DNA of 63,627 nt, filler included, from Chiloscyllium plagiosum (taxonomy: Eukaryota), in NCBI RefSeq assembly GCF_004010195.1. It is 3 parts of one record of this genome, joined end to end, with 100 filler letters (N's around TTAATTAATTAA, not from the genome) between each part and the next. Parts side by side here need not be neighbours in the genome. Positions count along the whole stretch, not along the records: positions 36,267 to 63,627 come from NC_057713.1; 2 more parts are not named here. One strand, written 5' to 3'. Positions 51,089 through 63,627 of the stretch are shown piece after piece. Made by a program: the position numbers and the translations under genes. The notes beneath the pieces were generated by a model that had not been told where the DNA came from, searched no databases, and saw only the letters and a program-made list of their open reading frames with translations. Numbering within the stretch: position 1 is the first letter of the stretch; each line of letters opens with the position of its first letter.

Positions 51089-52184
51089 CTTATAAAAAAG
51101 CACAAATATCAGCACATAATGCTCTGAATCATCATTAATGTGTAATTTTATGATACCTCCAATGATACTTTCAACTAAGTGAGATGACAACAATAAGATT
51201 TTACTTTTGTAAAATAATGCTTACAGCATCAAATGACAAAATGTTATTTTATATAAGATAGATTTACTTTAAACTAAAAAAATAAAATTTGGTCCATGTC
51301 ACCCTTCCCAGAATTACAAATCTTGTAAAAAAAATTCAGCTTTGCCCAACTTCCAGTGGGGTTGCTTCTTTTATACTTCCATAACTGGTTTACTTCTAAG
51401 GCCCAGAAACAATTCTGGGTTGTGGGATTACGCCACAGATTTTTTTTTCCTCCAAGCACAAGCTTGATATATCTTCAAACCTCTTAATGCAAACTGAGCC
51501 TTTAAACTGAATGGTAACTCCCACATGTTCTGCGAAGGATATCTTAAACCTTTTGAATGCCTAATGTATAGGCCCAGTTAATTCTATATTTTAACTTCTG
51601 GCTTAGACCCATTTCTTATCTTACTGTAGTTAGCTTTCCCTCCGAAAATTCTTAGTCTGGCTTGTTCATTATCCTTTTCAATAGCCAACATGAAACTTAT
51701 GATATCACGATCACTGTCACCTAAATCTAATTACTGACTCAGTCCCAAGTCTGCCAGTGCATCTTTTCTTGTTACATCATATTACCATAACTATTGAACC
51801 AGAACTAATTTCCCAGAAAATGCATTCTCTGCATCTTTTCCATTTACTGGTGGCCTAGATGCTACATAAGCAATGAAATTATGCATTTTTTATTCTATGG
51901 CTTGAGCCAGAATCTTTGACCCGTAGGGCATGCTCCTTCACCATGGCTGCAATGCTGTTCTTAATTTATTACCATCACCTTTCAAGCTTCTCATCCTTCC
52001 CTAACTTTCCTGAACACCACATACCCAACAATTTGTAGTACCTTGTTATCCCCATCTGTGCCAGGTTTCTGATTGCCACATGAGAATAATGTTACACCTC
52101 TCTGCACCATAATTCTTAATTACCACATTTTTGCCCATGGTGGACATTGCTGTGAATTAAATTAAACAATTTATTTATACTCAC

Positions 52185-52288
52185 TGAAGATAGGACTGCC
52201 AGTTGACCTTATTTGCTCGAACTTCTGCAGCCTTTGCAGCAATAATATTGGTAGGAACTGCAGCATCCACAGCACCTCTGATGTCCAT
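52185..52288 (-). CDS. ATP6V1H: ATP6V1H first coding exon (MDIRGAVDAAVPTNIIAAKAAEVRANKVNWQSYLQ); exon probably starts at 52341
   Basis: ATG at 52288; CA|gtgag donor; candidate acceptor ctttcttccag at 52342; peptide identical to the human N-terminus as recalled, apart from the leading MTK. Confidence 0.97.
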
Positions 52289-53299
52289 CTTGCTCAAAGA
52301 TTTGAGTGTATGTTTGAATAGTTAGAAGACGAACAATTTCACTGGAAGAAAGTATGAACAATTTCACTGACAGCAGTCTTAGACTCCAGATCATCATTCA
52401 CAAGGTAACTAATTATTGGAAATAGCTATCTAGTTGTTCTAGTGTATGTCCACACTGAATTTCACCCTGTTCGAATTAATGCTGCAAGGAAAACGTGAAT
52501 ATTGTGGTCAACATTTATGAAAGCATTTCATACAGAATCCCTTCTTTTTAATAAAATGGGCAAAACTGATTATATTTTCATGTACATTCACTGCAAAGGC
52601 AGAATCACTGGCAGGACCGTTCAAGCCACAGTAAACCATTAAACTGATTTTGAACATGCTTAAGACAACGAGCAGCACAACAGTAACGTATCCTATTTTA
52701 CATGTCTGCGCTCACGAGAACAGAAATTGATTCTAAGTAATTTTAAACATTCCAAAGCATTTAGGAATTTGGAAAAGTATTCTGCAATTACACTAACAAC
52801 TGCAAAAAGCAAGTGTATCATACAAATCAATTACACCACCCCAGCCCCCACAACTACATTATTAGCACAAGTCATTCAACATTGGGATTAGCGTTTACAA
52901 TGTTGACTACAAACTCATTTGGTCAATTTAAATTAGCTGATTTTGAAATCTGTGTTGCTATCCAGTGAGGGCTCAAAGTTTCACTGATCCCTTGTCTCAT
53001 ACACACCCAAAGTAACTTTCTTCCAAGGTTAGAAAGTGGGATCTCAGTTCCAGCCAGCTGCAAAATAACAGTGGATTATCAGGAACACGGTCAGCCATCC
53101 ACAACAGACTCTGGAAAATATCCAATGTGTTTCTCAATTCAAGGCTTTGTCAACAATCAACTAGCATCACCAGCGATAAATGAAATGAAAAGTTTTTATG
53201 ACCCCCTGTTTTATCCATAACAGGAAGTATTTTAATTTTCCTTTCCATTATGATGCGTCCCCAAAACACTGGTTGTGAAGTGCAATTTGAAAGTGACTC

Positions 53300-56200
53300 A
53301 CAGTTAATGGTATTATCACTATCATCCAGAAACTCAGCTTATGTTCTAAGGACCCAGGTTTGATTCCAGCCACATCAGAAAAGAGAATTTGAATTCAATT
53401 TTTAAAAAATTGGAGTTAAGACTATGATGACCCATGACATTATTGATGATTTTTCAGAAAAGCCCATCTAGTCCACTAATGTCCTTCAGCGAAGGAAATC
53501 TCCCATCTTCACCTTGTCTGGCCTACATGTGACTCTAGAACCACAGCAATGCAGTCAACTCTCAATTACTCTCCGAAACAACCTTGCAAGACAGTTGTGC
53601 CAATCTCGAAGAAATGAAACCAGATGGGTAACCTGGCATCATCTAGAAGCCATAAAAGCAGCAGCAAAAACAGCCCTATCAACCCTGCAAAGTCCTCCTT
53701 ATTAATATTTGGGAGCTAGTGCCAAAATTGAGAGAGCTATCTCAGACCAGTCAAACAACAGCCTGACAATCACACTCATGGAAACTTACCTACAACGTCC
53801 CAGACACCACCATCACCCCTAGATATGTCCTGTCCCACCAGTAGGACAGACCCAGTAGAGGTGGCAGCACAGTGGTATACAGTTAGGAAGAGAAACAGAG
53901 ATAGACAGATTCTTGATTGCCAAGAGGATCAAGGATTATGAAGACAAAGCAGGAGAATGGGGTTGAAAAAAAAAAAGAGCTTACCAGCCATAATTGAATG
54001 GCGGAACAGACTCAATGGTCAATTGCACTAACTTCTGCTTTTGTCTTATAGTCTTGCCCTGGGAGTCCTCAATATGCACTGTGGACCTCATGAAGTCTTG
54101 CAGCTCCAGTTAAACATGGGCAAGAAAACCCAATTACCATCCTCCCTCAGCTGATGATTGGTACTCTATGTTGAACAACACTTGGAGGAAGCATGGAGGA
54201 TGACAATGGCATAAAAATTTACTGTGAGGAATTTCAACATCACTACCAAGATTGGCAGTAGTACTACTGCTCAGGTTCCAACAGACATAACTGCTAGACT
54301 GGGTCTGTGGCAGGTGAGGAAGAAATCAAGAGGGAAAAGCATACTTAACCACACCTTTACCAATGTGACAGCTGCAGATGCATCAGTCCATGATAGTATT
54401 ACTAAGAGCAACCAAACAGAACTTGTGGAGACGAAGTGCCGTTTTCAGGATGAAAATAACCTGCATTGTGTTGTGTGGCACTTTCACTGTGCCAAATGGG
54501 ACTGACTGAACAGATCTAGCAACTCAAATCTGGGCATCCATGGGAGGTGCTGTTGGCCATCAACAGGAGCAGAATTATACTCCACAATCTAAATCCTCAT
54601 GGTCTGGTATATCTCCCACTCAACCACCACCATCACGCCAGAGGATCAACTCTGGCTCAGTGAAGAGTGAAGGAGTGGCATCAGGCACACCTGCAGATGA
54701 GGCATCAAGCAGGACTACTTGCATACCAAATAGCATAAACAAGTGATAGACAGAGCTAAGCGATCCCACAACTAACAGATCAGATCAAGTCTACAAGTCC
54801 AGCCACATCAAGTGATGAATGGTGGACAATTAAATAACTCACTGGAAGACGCTCCACAAATATCCCCATCCTCAGTAATGGAAAAGCCCAGTATAATCAG
54901 TGCAAAAGACAAGGCTGAAGCATTTGCAGTAATGTTCAGCCAGAAGTGTTGAGTGGTTGATCCATCTCAGCCTCCTCCAGTGACCCCCAACATTACAGAT
55001 ACCAGTCTCCAGCCAATCTGATTCACTCCATGTGATATCAAAAAAGGGTTGGCAAAACTGGATATGCAAAGGCAACAGGTCCTGACAACATTCCAACAAT
55101 ATTTGTGCTCCAAAACTTGCCGCTCCCATATCGAACTGCTTCCAGTAGTCTCAATACTGGCATCTACCTGAATGTGCAAAATTGCCCAGGTCCACTCTGA
55201 ACGTAAAAAACAAGACAAATTCAATCTAGCCAATTACCGCCTATTAGTCTACTCTCAATCATCAGGAAAGTGTCATGAAGTATTCTATCTAGCAGCACCT
55301 GTGCAGTAATAACCTGTTCAGCAATGCCAGGTTTGGGTTCCATCAGCACCACTAATCTCCTGACCTCTTCACAAGTTTGCTTCAAATGTGGACAAAAAGA
55401 GCGGAATTCCAGAGATAAAGAGAGAGTGACAGCCTTTGTGATTAAGGCTACATTTGACAAAGTGTGACATCAAGGAGCCATAGAACAATTGGAATCAAAT
55501 GGTATTGAGGGCAAACTTTCTAGTGGTTGGAGTCATACATGGCACATAGGAAAATGGTCGGGGTTGCTGGAAGTCAGTCATCTCATCTGCTGGATATCTC
55601 TGCAGGAGGTCCTCAGGGTAGTGTCCAGGCCCAACCATCTTCAGCTGCTTCATTAACCCCACCCCAATCATAAGGGCAGAAGTGAGAATCTCATTTGCAA
55701 CTCCTCAGATACTGAAGCAGTCCATATTCAAGTGCAACAAGATCTAGACAATATCCTGGCTTAGGCTGACAAGTGGCAAGTAACATTGCCTGGCATTTGT
55801 GGCATGATTGTGCATCACCAATAAGAGACAACCTAACCACTGCCCCTTGACACTCAATGTTTTTTTCACCACCAAGTCGCCCACTAACAACATCTGGGAG
55901 TTATCACTGACCAAAAACTCAACAGGACTCACCACAAATGCAATGGCTACAAGAATAGGTAAGAGGCTAGAAATACTGCAGAAAGTAACTTGCCTCCTTA
56001 CCCCCCAACGCCTGTCTACCATCTACCACACACAAGTCAACAGCGAGATAGAATATTCCCCACTTGCCTGGGCAAGAGCAGCTCAATAACACAAGCCTGA
56101 CACCATCCAGCACTACGTAGCATGCTTGTTTGGCATATCAAAAAGCATCCACTCCCTCCCCCACTTACACTCAGTAGCAGCAGTGTACTATCTACAAGAG

Positions 56201-56538
56201 GCACTGCAAAAATTCACTAATGCATCAGATAGGACCTTCCAAACCCATGACAACTTCCATCTAGAAGGGGATGGGCAGCTGATGCATAGAACACCTCCGC
56301 TTTCAAGTTCCCCTCCAAACGACACACCACCCTGACTTGGAAATTTAATCACTGTTCCTTCACTGTCAGAGTCAAAATCCTGGAATTCCTCCCTAGTGGC
56401 ATTGTGGGTCAGCCCACAGCAGGTGGACTGCAGCATTTCAATAAACCAGCTCACCAACACTCTCTCAAGGGGGCCAGAAATGGGCAATAAATGCTGGTCA
56501 ACCAGCAATGCCCGCTTCTCACAAATGATTAGAAAAAA
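53300..56538 (+). mobile_element. Near full-length family B LINE (CR1/L2 group): tRNA-like head, AP endonuclease, RT, tail; decayed, with a CR1 tail inserted at ~53895-54052
   Basis: B-box-like GGTTTGATTCC at 53357; endonuclease start (N..ELVPKLRELS, QQPD) at ~53705; NYRPISLL at ~55232; AFVIKATFDKV, PQGSV; A-rich end. Confidence 0.8.
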
Positions 56539-57164
56539 CATTCAAGGTTAAAATAAAGTACAATTTTTCACTGCATTCAAGACCTGAGTAAAAGGTTTAA
56601 GACACAAATCCCAAGACATACAGAAGAGAAAGCAAAAATGGGAAGGTGGAAATTATTTAAAATCAAAGATATCAGAACTAGTTTGTGTCAAGTGGAGAAT
56701 CCAGTAAGTCAATATGCAGTTCTGTTAAATGATTTGTGCATAATCAGCTTTGTAGGAGATGCAGTTGATTTGCTAACGAACGTAGAAGTTGTAAAATAGG
56801 AACTTGCTCACTTCATGGGTGCAACACAGGCTTTTCTGGAATTAAACAATTTTTGGTGATATCGGCATCACAGGTGGGTGGTGAGCTAAATCTCGGGCTG
56901 CTTACTGTTTTGGTGTTACCAGAATACTCTTAATACTGATCAAAGTTGTATAGTTAAAGGTGAATGAAACAAACCAGTACATAGCTTCAGGCATGTAACT
57001 GAATGTCTCAAAGTGAAGACCCAGTTAGGAGGTGATTTTGTACTCTTGTCAGATACCATTGCGATTTGTAGCAGATAACTGTGGAAATGTGTGCACTAAG
57101 TCAACAATAACAGGTTTTATAGTCTCCTTTCTTCAGAACTGGCCGAGATAGACTTAATCTACCA

Positions 57165-57756
57165 GTACATTGAAAAACACAGGACAATGTAGCACAGAAA
57201 CAGACCCTTTGGCTCACCATGTCTGTGCTGACCATGATGCTATTCCAAACTGATCACATCTGCCTGTACATGTTTGACTAAACGCCTCTTGAACTTTGCT
57301 ATCATATCCACTTTTGCCACTTTCTTTGGCAGCATATTCTAGGTGCCTACAATCCTGTGTAAATAAACATTTCCTTGTACATCTTCTTTAAACTTTTCCA
57401 TTCTCACCTTAAAGCTACTCCTCCTAGTGTTTGATATTTCCACCATGGGAGAGAGACTGACTATCCACCCCTCTCAATTTTATGTCTAGCAGATCACCCC
57501 TCAGCCTCCAGCGCTCTAGCAAAAACAATCCAAGTACGTCCAACCTCTCCTTATAGCTCTCACACTCCAATTCATACAACTTCCTCAAACTTTTTCTGCA
57601 ACCTCAACAAAGCCTCCACATACTTCCTATGATGCGGCAAACTTAATTGCATATACTACTCCAAATGTGGCCTATCTGAAGAAGTTTTATACAGTTGCAA
57701 CATGACTTGCCAACTTTTATACTCAGTGCCCCAAGTAAAAAAGGCAACCATGCCAT
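57165..57756 (-). mobile_element. CR1 3' fragment, antisense
   Basis: Reverse complement of CR1 C-terminal and 3' UTR sequence (TCACCCCTCAGCCTCC, TACTCCAAATGTGGCC). Confidence 0.75.
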
Positions 57757-58045
57757 GGGCTCAGGTAGCTCAGTGGTTAGCACTACTGAGTTAGTACCAG
57801 GGACCCTGGGGTTTGATTCCAGGTTTGGGTCACTGTATGGAGTTTGGACGTACTCCGTGTCTGTGTGGATTTATTTCCACAGTCCAAAGTAGTGCAGGTT
57901 AGGTAGATTTACCATAGCAAATTGTCCATAATGTCCAGGGATATGCAGGCTAGGTAGGTTAGCAATATTAAACGTGTAGTTACAGGGTTGGTCTGGTTCT
58001 GGGTGGGATGCTCTTCAAAGGGTCAGTGTGGACTTAATGAGCCAA
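57757..58045 (+). mobile_element. HE1/V-type SINE
   Basis: GGTAGCTCAGTGGTTAGCAC head, GGTTTGATTCC, CCACAGTCCAAAG..GTGCAGGTTAGGT core. Confidence 0.85.
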
Positions 58046-59412
58046 AGAGAATCTCTTCAGTCTGGAAAGGGACCATGCTCCAAACATCATCTTTACTGCA
58101 ACTCCAATTTGTGTCATCTATGGAACCTAAATAGACCAATGACATTTTCATCCAAAATCATTTTGTGTTGCACATACATATTAATGGTGTCTTGTCTGGA
58201 ATGTTCTTACATTGCAAGCAGTGCCACATTTCAGGAAGTGATGACTTTTCATTGATTTGAAAATTAGTAGAAACCATCAACTTGCTCATTGTGGTCAATA
58301 GCAGCCAATTCAAAATCTGGCAAGTGCCCATTTTTGAAGAATTTAAACAATTAAATGTTTTAAGAAATCAAGATTTCTATTTCATATTCTGGGTGTTACT
58401 ACAAGCCAATAATGATCAAGATCTATAGAAGCTAAAAGAAAAGAGATCCTTTCTAGTTTACTCTATATAATCTTACACTGTAGGATCTTGGGTCTCCATG
58501 GCCCTTCATCAAGAATTTAAAAGTTGTTAGTTGAATACAATCTATTCTACCAATCATTATAGGCTAATAATTACAGGTGGATATGTAGTCATCATTTCAT
58601 ATCTTCCCAAAATTGAAGGTTTAGTAAACCACCACCTATGTAGTTTTGCCATTAAACCAGAACATGCAAGTGAGCAATATTTCTGTCTCAGTTTTGAGAC
58701 CACCGATCTATCTTCAGAACTGATTGTCAGGAAAAGGCTGTACGTATGCTGAAGGTGCTGGAGAGCGCGATGGATACCAAGGAATGGATAATACCATGTC
58801 TTGGAGAAAGAAAAAGCTGATGATGGGGATCACATTTGGGTGAAAATGAGTTGGCTAAGCCAAAAGCAGCCCATATCATGATAGGGCCTGTGGTTTGGAT
58901 GTGGATAAAAGATGTAGAGTACAGAGTTCACGTTTTAAACTTATTGAACTTGATATTTAGTCCTGAAAGCTGCAGAGTCCCCAAATGGAAAATGAGTGCT
59001 GTTCTTCAGCTTGTGTTGAGCCTTGCTGGAATACTTCAACCTCCTCGTGGGAGCACGAGGCAGTGCCGAATCAGTCATCGATGTAGCGGAGGAAAAGATG
59101 GGGGGTGGTGCCAGTATCGATGACTGTATCGGCGCTGCCTCGTGCTCCCACGAGGAGGTTGAACAGTTCATCCACTTTACCAACACCTTCCACCCCGACC
59201 TCAAATTCACCTGGACCGTCTCAAATTCCTCCCTCCCCTTCCTAGACCTTTCCACTTGTATCTCGGGCGACCGAATCAACACAAACATTTACTATATACT
59301 GACCGACTCCCACCCTAGACTACACCTCCTCCCACCCTGTAAAAACGCCATCCCATATTCCCAATTCCTTCGTCTCCACCGCATCTGCTCCCAGGAGAAC
59401 CAGTTCCAATAC

Positions 59413-60019
59413 NNNNNNNNNNNNNNNNNNNNNNNNNNNNNNNNNNNNNNNNNNNNNNNNNNNNNNNNNNNNNNNNNNNNNNNNNNNNNNNNNNNNNNNN
59501 NNNNNNNNNNNNNNNNNNNNNNNNNNNNNNNNNNNNNNNNNNNNNNNNNNNNNNNNNNNNNNNNNNNNNNNNNNNNNNNNNNNNNNNNNNNNNNNNNNNN
59601 NNNNNNNNNNNNNNNNNNNNNNNNNNNNNNNNNNNNNNNNNNNNNNNNNNNNNNNNNNNNNNNNNNNNNNNNNNNNNNNNNNNNNNNNNNNNNNNNNNNN
59701 NNNNNNNNNNNNNNNNNNNNNNNNNNNNNNNNNNNNNNNNNNNNNNNNNNNNNNNNNNNNNNNNNNNNNNNNNNNNNNNNNNNNNNNNNNNNNNNNNNNN
59801 NNNNNNNNNNNNNNNNNNNNNNNNNNNNNNNNNNNNNNNNNNNNNNNNNNNNNNNNNNNNNNNNNNNNNNNNNNNNNNNNNNNNNNNNNNNNNNNNNNNN
59901 NNNNNNNNNNNNNNNNNNNNNNNNNNNNNNNNNNNNNNNNNNNNNNNNNNNNNNNNNNNNNNNNNNNNNNNNNNNNNNNNNNNNNNNNNNNNNNNNNNNN
60001 NNNNNNNNNNNNNNNNNNN
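59413..60019. other. Sized scaffold gap (607 N) inside the Penelope element
   Basis: Plain N-run without the TTAA spacer; the same element continues on both sides. Confidence 0.95.
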
Positions 60020-60138
60020 CTCCCAATCCGACCTATCACCCTCACCTTGACCTCCTTCCACCTATCACATTTCCAATGCCCCTCCCCCAAGTCCCTCCTC
60101 CCTACCTTTTATCTTAGCCTGCTGGACACACTTTCCTT

Positions 60139-60175
60139 ATTCCTGAAGAAGGGCTCATGCCCGAAACGTCGATAC
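60139..60175 (+). ncRNA. Minimal hammerhead ribozyme motif, intact core
   Basis: CUGAAGA (60143-49)-A-GGGC-UCAU-GCCC-GAAA (60163-66)-C-GUC; palindromic ACGU as in dimer-forming PLE hammerheads; stem I weak. Confidence 0.75.
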
Positions 60176-61839
60176 TCCTGCTCCTTGGATGCTGCCTGAC
60201 CTGCTGCGCTTTTCCAGCAACAAATTTTCAGCTCTGATCTCCAGCATCTGCAGTCCTCACTTTCTCCTTAATGGGTCAAGTGGCCTATTTTTGGCACATG
60301 ACAACACAGCCTGTTCCAGGCTGTCCTTAACCTGGCCTTTAGCAATGACTGAAAGCTCTTAAGGTAGTCCTGAAGGACTGAGCGCCAAACTTGAGAGCCA
60401 AGCATTGCACATATTTTGAGCCACTGTTTTATAGTATAACCACTATTTTTTTTAAACAAAGGTCAACTTTCTAAACTATTTGCTTTAGCTGTTCTGGCAA
60501 TCACAAAAAGTCCAATATTTTAATTGTTTGTATGTGTGCTACCTTCCCAGGTGTTAAAGCAAAAAAAAAAGTCCCAAATTTTTAAAGTGCACTGGACCTC
60601 AATGTGCAATTGCATTTATCCTATTTTTACTCTAACATTTGGAAAGTTTTATACTAAAACACATGAATCATAGATATTTGCAATACAACTAATGCAACCA
60701 TATAGCCACCAACACAGTTAGACTGAAGTTTATAAACACCAGTGAAAAAATGCCAGTACAAACTGGGTGATGAATTATGCTCATCATACAAACATCTTGC
60801 ACTGTATCAAATGGGAGTTTCTTTCTCTTCGTCGACAGCATAATAGCATTGATATCATTCCCTTTCATGTTCAAAGTCATTGAAGAAACATTTGAGACTA
60901 TTGCTGCCTACTAAAAATTGCTGACAAGCCAGAGATGTAGCTACTATACCAATTGAACACCGTTTACAAATTTTAGCAATAAAGCACATACAAGTATTGC
61001 TTTGTTCTTCATAAATTGCATATATTATTAACATGTGACAGTTGTAACTCAGTTGCCAGCTCTCATCTGATTCAACTTTATGGATTCAAGTTCAATTTCA
61101 GGACTTTCTGCGCAGAAATAAAAGCTAGGCATTAATGCAGTACTAGCGGTAGTCTTTTGGATGAAAAATATATTTGCCCCAAGAAAATATGCAAGACCAA
61201 ATAGCATTATTTTAGACAAGAGTGGGGAAATCCCAAATCCCATCCAATATTAATTCCTAATTCCTCAGTGTTCATTATGTTGCTTGTGGAAGCTTTCATG
61301 CAAATTGGTCTACCCTACGATTACTTTAAGGACATTCATTTACTACAACACATTTTGGAATGCCTTGTAATTACAAAAGCTATTGTCTAAACAGAATTCT
61401 TGTCATATTGTTATTTACTAGTTAGTTTTCTAAACCAAAGTTTAGAACTCTGGCCTAAACTTCTCACACACAGTATATCTAAATTTCAGCAATTTTTTAA
61501 CAAGAATACACAAACTTACAAAATGAAAAGTACCAGACCAACACGGTTTTGCATCCAGAATACAACTAGACAATGTCTGCCCATTGTCATATTGGAGAAG
61601 GTAATTTTTGGTGGTGCTTGCTTTCTTCAGCTAGCATGAAGTAGTTTTGAGATTGGTTGACCATGAATAATCCCTTCGCTACAACATTGATGGTGTTGCC
61701 ACAGTGATTAATGTTTCATTAGTGTTATATATTATTTTAGATAACTAACAACCAACACTCAAGGGACTGATGCACACTTTTCCTCTTGCCATTTAATCAA
61801 CAGATGCACAAAAAGAATAATGTCTAGAATCAATCTCAT

Positions 61840-62430
61840 GAATTTTCTCTGAATCGCCTCCAGTGCAACCCTTCTCAAAAGAACCAAAATTTTCACAGTA
61901 CTCCAGGTGTGGTCTCACTCATGGTTTGTGTAATTGCAACACCATTTCTGTAATTTTATTCCAATAATAATGAATGCCAAAATTCAGATCAGTTTTATTA
62001 GCTGCTGTACCTGCATACTAGTTTTTTGCAATTCATACTTGAACACACCCTCATCCTTTTACACCAAAGCACTCTGAGGTTTCTCTCCATTTTAGATAAT
62101 AAGTTGCCTTTCTATTGCTCTACAATGGATAACCTCACATTTAGCAATGTTAAACTTCATCTGCCAATTTTTGGCCCATTCATCTCTCTATTCACGTCCA
62201 TTTGTAAATTTCTTATTTCTTCATTGCAATTTACATTCCCACCTATTTTAGTGCCATCAGTAAATACAGTACTTTTTATGCCTGCATTTAAAAATCGTTA
62301 GATTATAGATTGTAGATAGTTGTGGTCCTGAGGACCGTGTCACACCATTAGTTGCATATTGCCAGCTGGAAAAATGTTCTCTGCTTTCTGTTGGTTAGCC
62401 AATTTACTATCCAAGCTAACAAATCACTCA
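61840..62430 (-). mobile_element. Old antisense CR1 RT fragment
   Basis: CAGTACTCCAGGTGTGGTCTCAC and related reverse-complement CR1 motifs. Confidence 0.7.
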
Positions 62431-63399
62431 TAACACCACAAGACATTAACTTGTGAATTAATATTATCAAACACATGCATTATTATCCTGATAATTCTCA
62501 ATTACATACCTCAGCAAAAAGCAACTGCATAACATGCACTTGGCTAATACTGGATATGGTTGGTTAGGTTGCAGTTAAAATAACATATACAATTCTCAGC
62601 ACTCCTATTAGGGATGCTGGAGTTCTTGCGGAACCAAAAAAAAAAGCTTTACTATGAAGAAAGACTAGAAATATGCAAATTAAATGCTGTGCAATTAGGT
62701 ATAGGTTTCCTTTTTGAAGGACCACAATGGAACCATTCTCGCATTAATATTATTTAGCAATCTTACCCATACTAGTTACACTCATACTTATTTCAGAGAA
62801 AAAAAATAACTAGTGACCTTATTCAAAGAATGAGACAGTAGTGTTGTCAAAACACCACAAGATATTTCAGCTCAACAGAAGGTGGGTTGAAGCAAGTTAA
62901 GAGGAGTAAAAACACAAGCAGCCCAGTGAGTACAAGCCTGGACTGGTATTCAAGGCAAAGAAGAAAATCAATTGGAGTCCTGGTTAGTGCAGAATCCAAA
63001 CTGATACAGGAAACCTTTGGCCCATCATAGCCAAACCAGCTCCTCAAACAAGTGTCATTACCAATGACAATATCCAGCTTTTGTCCATACCCATGCACTA
63101 TTTCTATCGAAATGATGTCCAATGCCCTCTTGAATACCTCAACTGAACCGGCCTACACCATGCCAGCATCTGAGTGCACATTTCACATCTACTCAATGTT
63201 TTCACATCACTTTAATCTTTGTCCCCTTGTTCTTGTGGGGGAGACAATAAGGTTCAGTCTATTACTAACATTGACAGGGAAATGGGGAGACTGAGCCTAG
63301 ACTAGAACAGACAGACAAGTGTAGGAAGTCTAGGCCAGTCTGTTATTGACTGTAACCAGGCGATGGGGCATAGACTGGTACACTTCTTCCGCCACCTCC

Positions 63400-63627
63400 G
63401 AGCTTACTTTCACAATCAGGACTCCCTCCCACCTTCCGAGGACCCCTTCGCCCACCTCCAACACACTGCATCCACCTGGACACCCCGCACTGGCCTATTA
63501 CCTGCCCTGACTTCTTTATTTCCAACTGCCGCCAGGACATTAACCGCCTCAACCTGTCTACCTCCCTCCCCCACTCCAACCTCTCATCCTCACAACGCGC
63601 AGCCCTCCAATCCCTCTGCTCCAATCC
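63400..63627 (+). mobile_element. Penelope-like element N-terminal coding region, continuing beyond the window
   Basis: C-rich sequence encoding STWTP...FISNCRQDINRLNLSTSLPHSNLSSSQRAALQSL, typical of the region preceding the PLE RT. Confidence 0.7.

Larger units (their letters stand above)
59036..60268 (+). mobile_element. Penelope-like (Neptune-type) element: 5' inversion, RT C-terminal half, gap, 3' terminus
   Basis: IDDCIGAASCSHEEVEQFIHFTNTFHPDLKFT...LPFLDL...KNAIPYSQFLRL is a PLE RT signature; the terminus carries a hammerhead. An older antisense GIY-YIG tail lies at ~58930-59035. Confidence 0.9.

Noticed and set aside
59023..60117. Long ORFs of 244-364 aa in the track
   Set aside because: Artefacts of translating through the N gap.
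60788..60907. Exon-like open stretch on minus (AAIVSNV...PFDTVQDV) with AG/GT
   Set aside because: Peptide not recognised, weak donor context, and it lies upstream of the ATP6V1H start codon; cannot be supported without transcripts.

Overview
Vertebrate genomic DNA, almost certainly from a shark or ray (inferred from the dense CR1/HER1-type LINEs, HE1/V-type SINEs and Penelope-like elements; species not determinable here). The window is three contigs joined by two identical artificial spacers (44 N + TTAATTAATTAA + 44 N at 15793-15892 and 36167-36266), plus one sized gap (59413-60019). Host genes, both on the minus strand: five consecutive internal coding exons of RB1CC1/FIP200 (30993->25590) and the first three coding exons of ATP6V1H (52288->49196). 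The two blocks are splice-phase compatible, but a spacer separates them, so the apparent fusion is probably an assembly artefact. The most notable element is a ~7.4 kb two-LTR endogenous retrovirus (39689-47116, class I/epsilon-like, tRNA-Leu PBS) lying antisense to ATP6V1H, downstream of its third coding exon. It has lost gag, RNase H and part of integrase. Between protease and RT it keeps a 95-codon open frame, missed by the ORF track, with two HxT-like motifs of a 2H phosphoesterase. It also carries four nested insertions. Several Penelope-derived families supply minimal hammerhead-ribozyme motifs and fold-back hairpins. A tRNA-headed, apparently ORF1-less LINE occurs together with its short head+tail derivative, and there is a Tigger4/MER46-like MITE. 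Exon, LTR, TSD and motif coordinates were read base by base; boundaries of decayed repeats are approximate. Protein and repeat identities come from recall, not from database searches.
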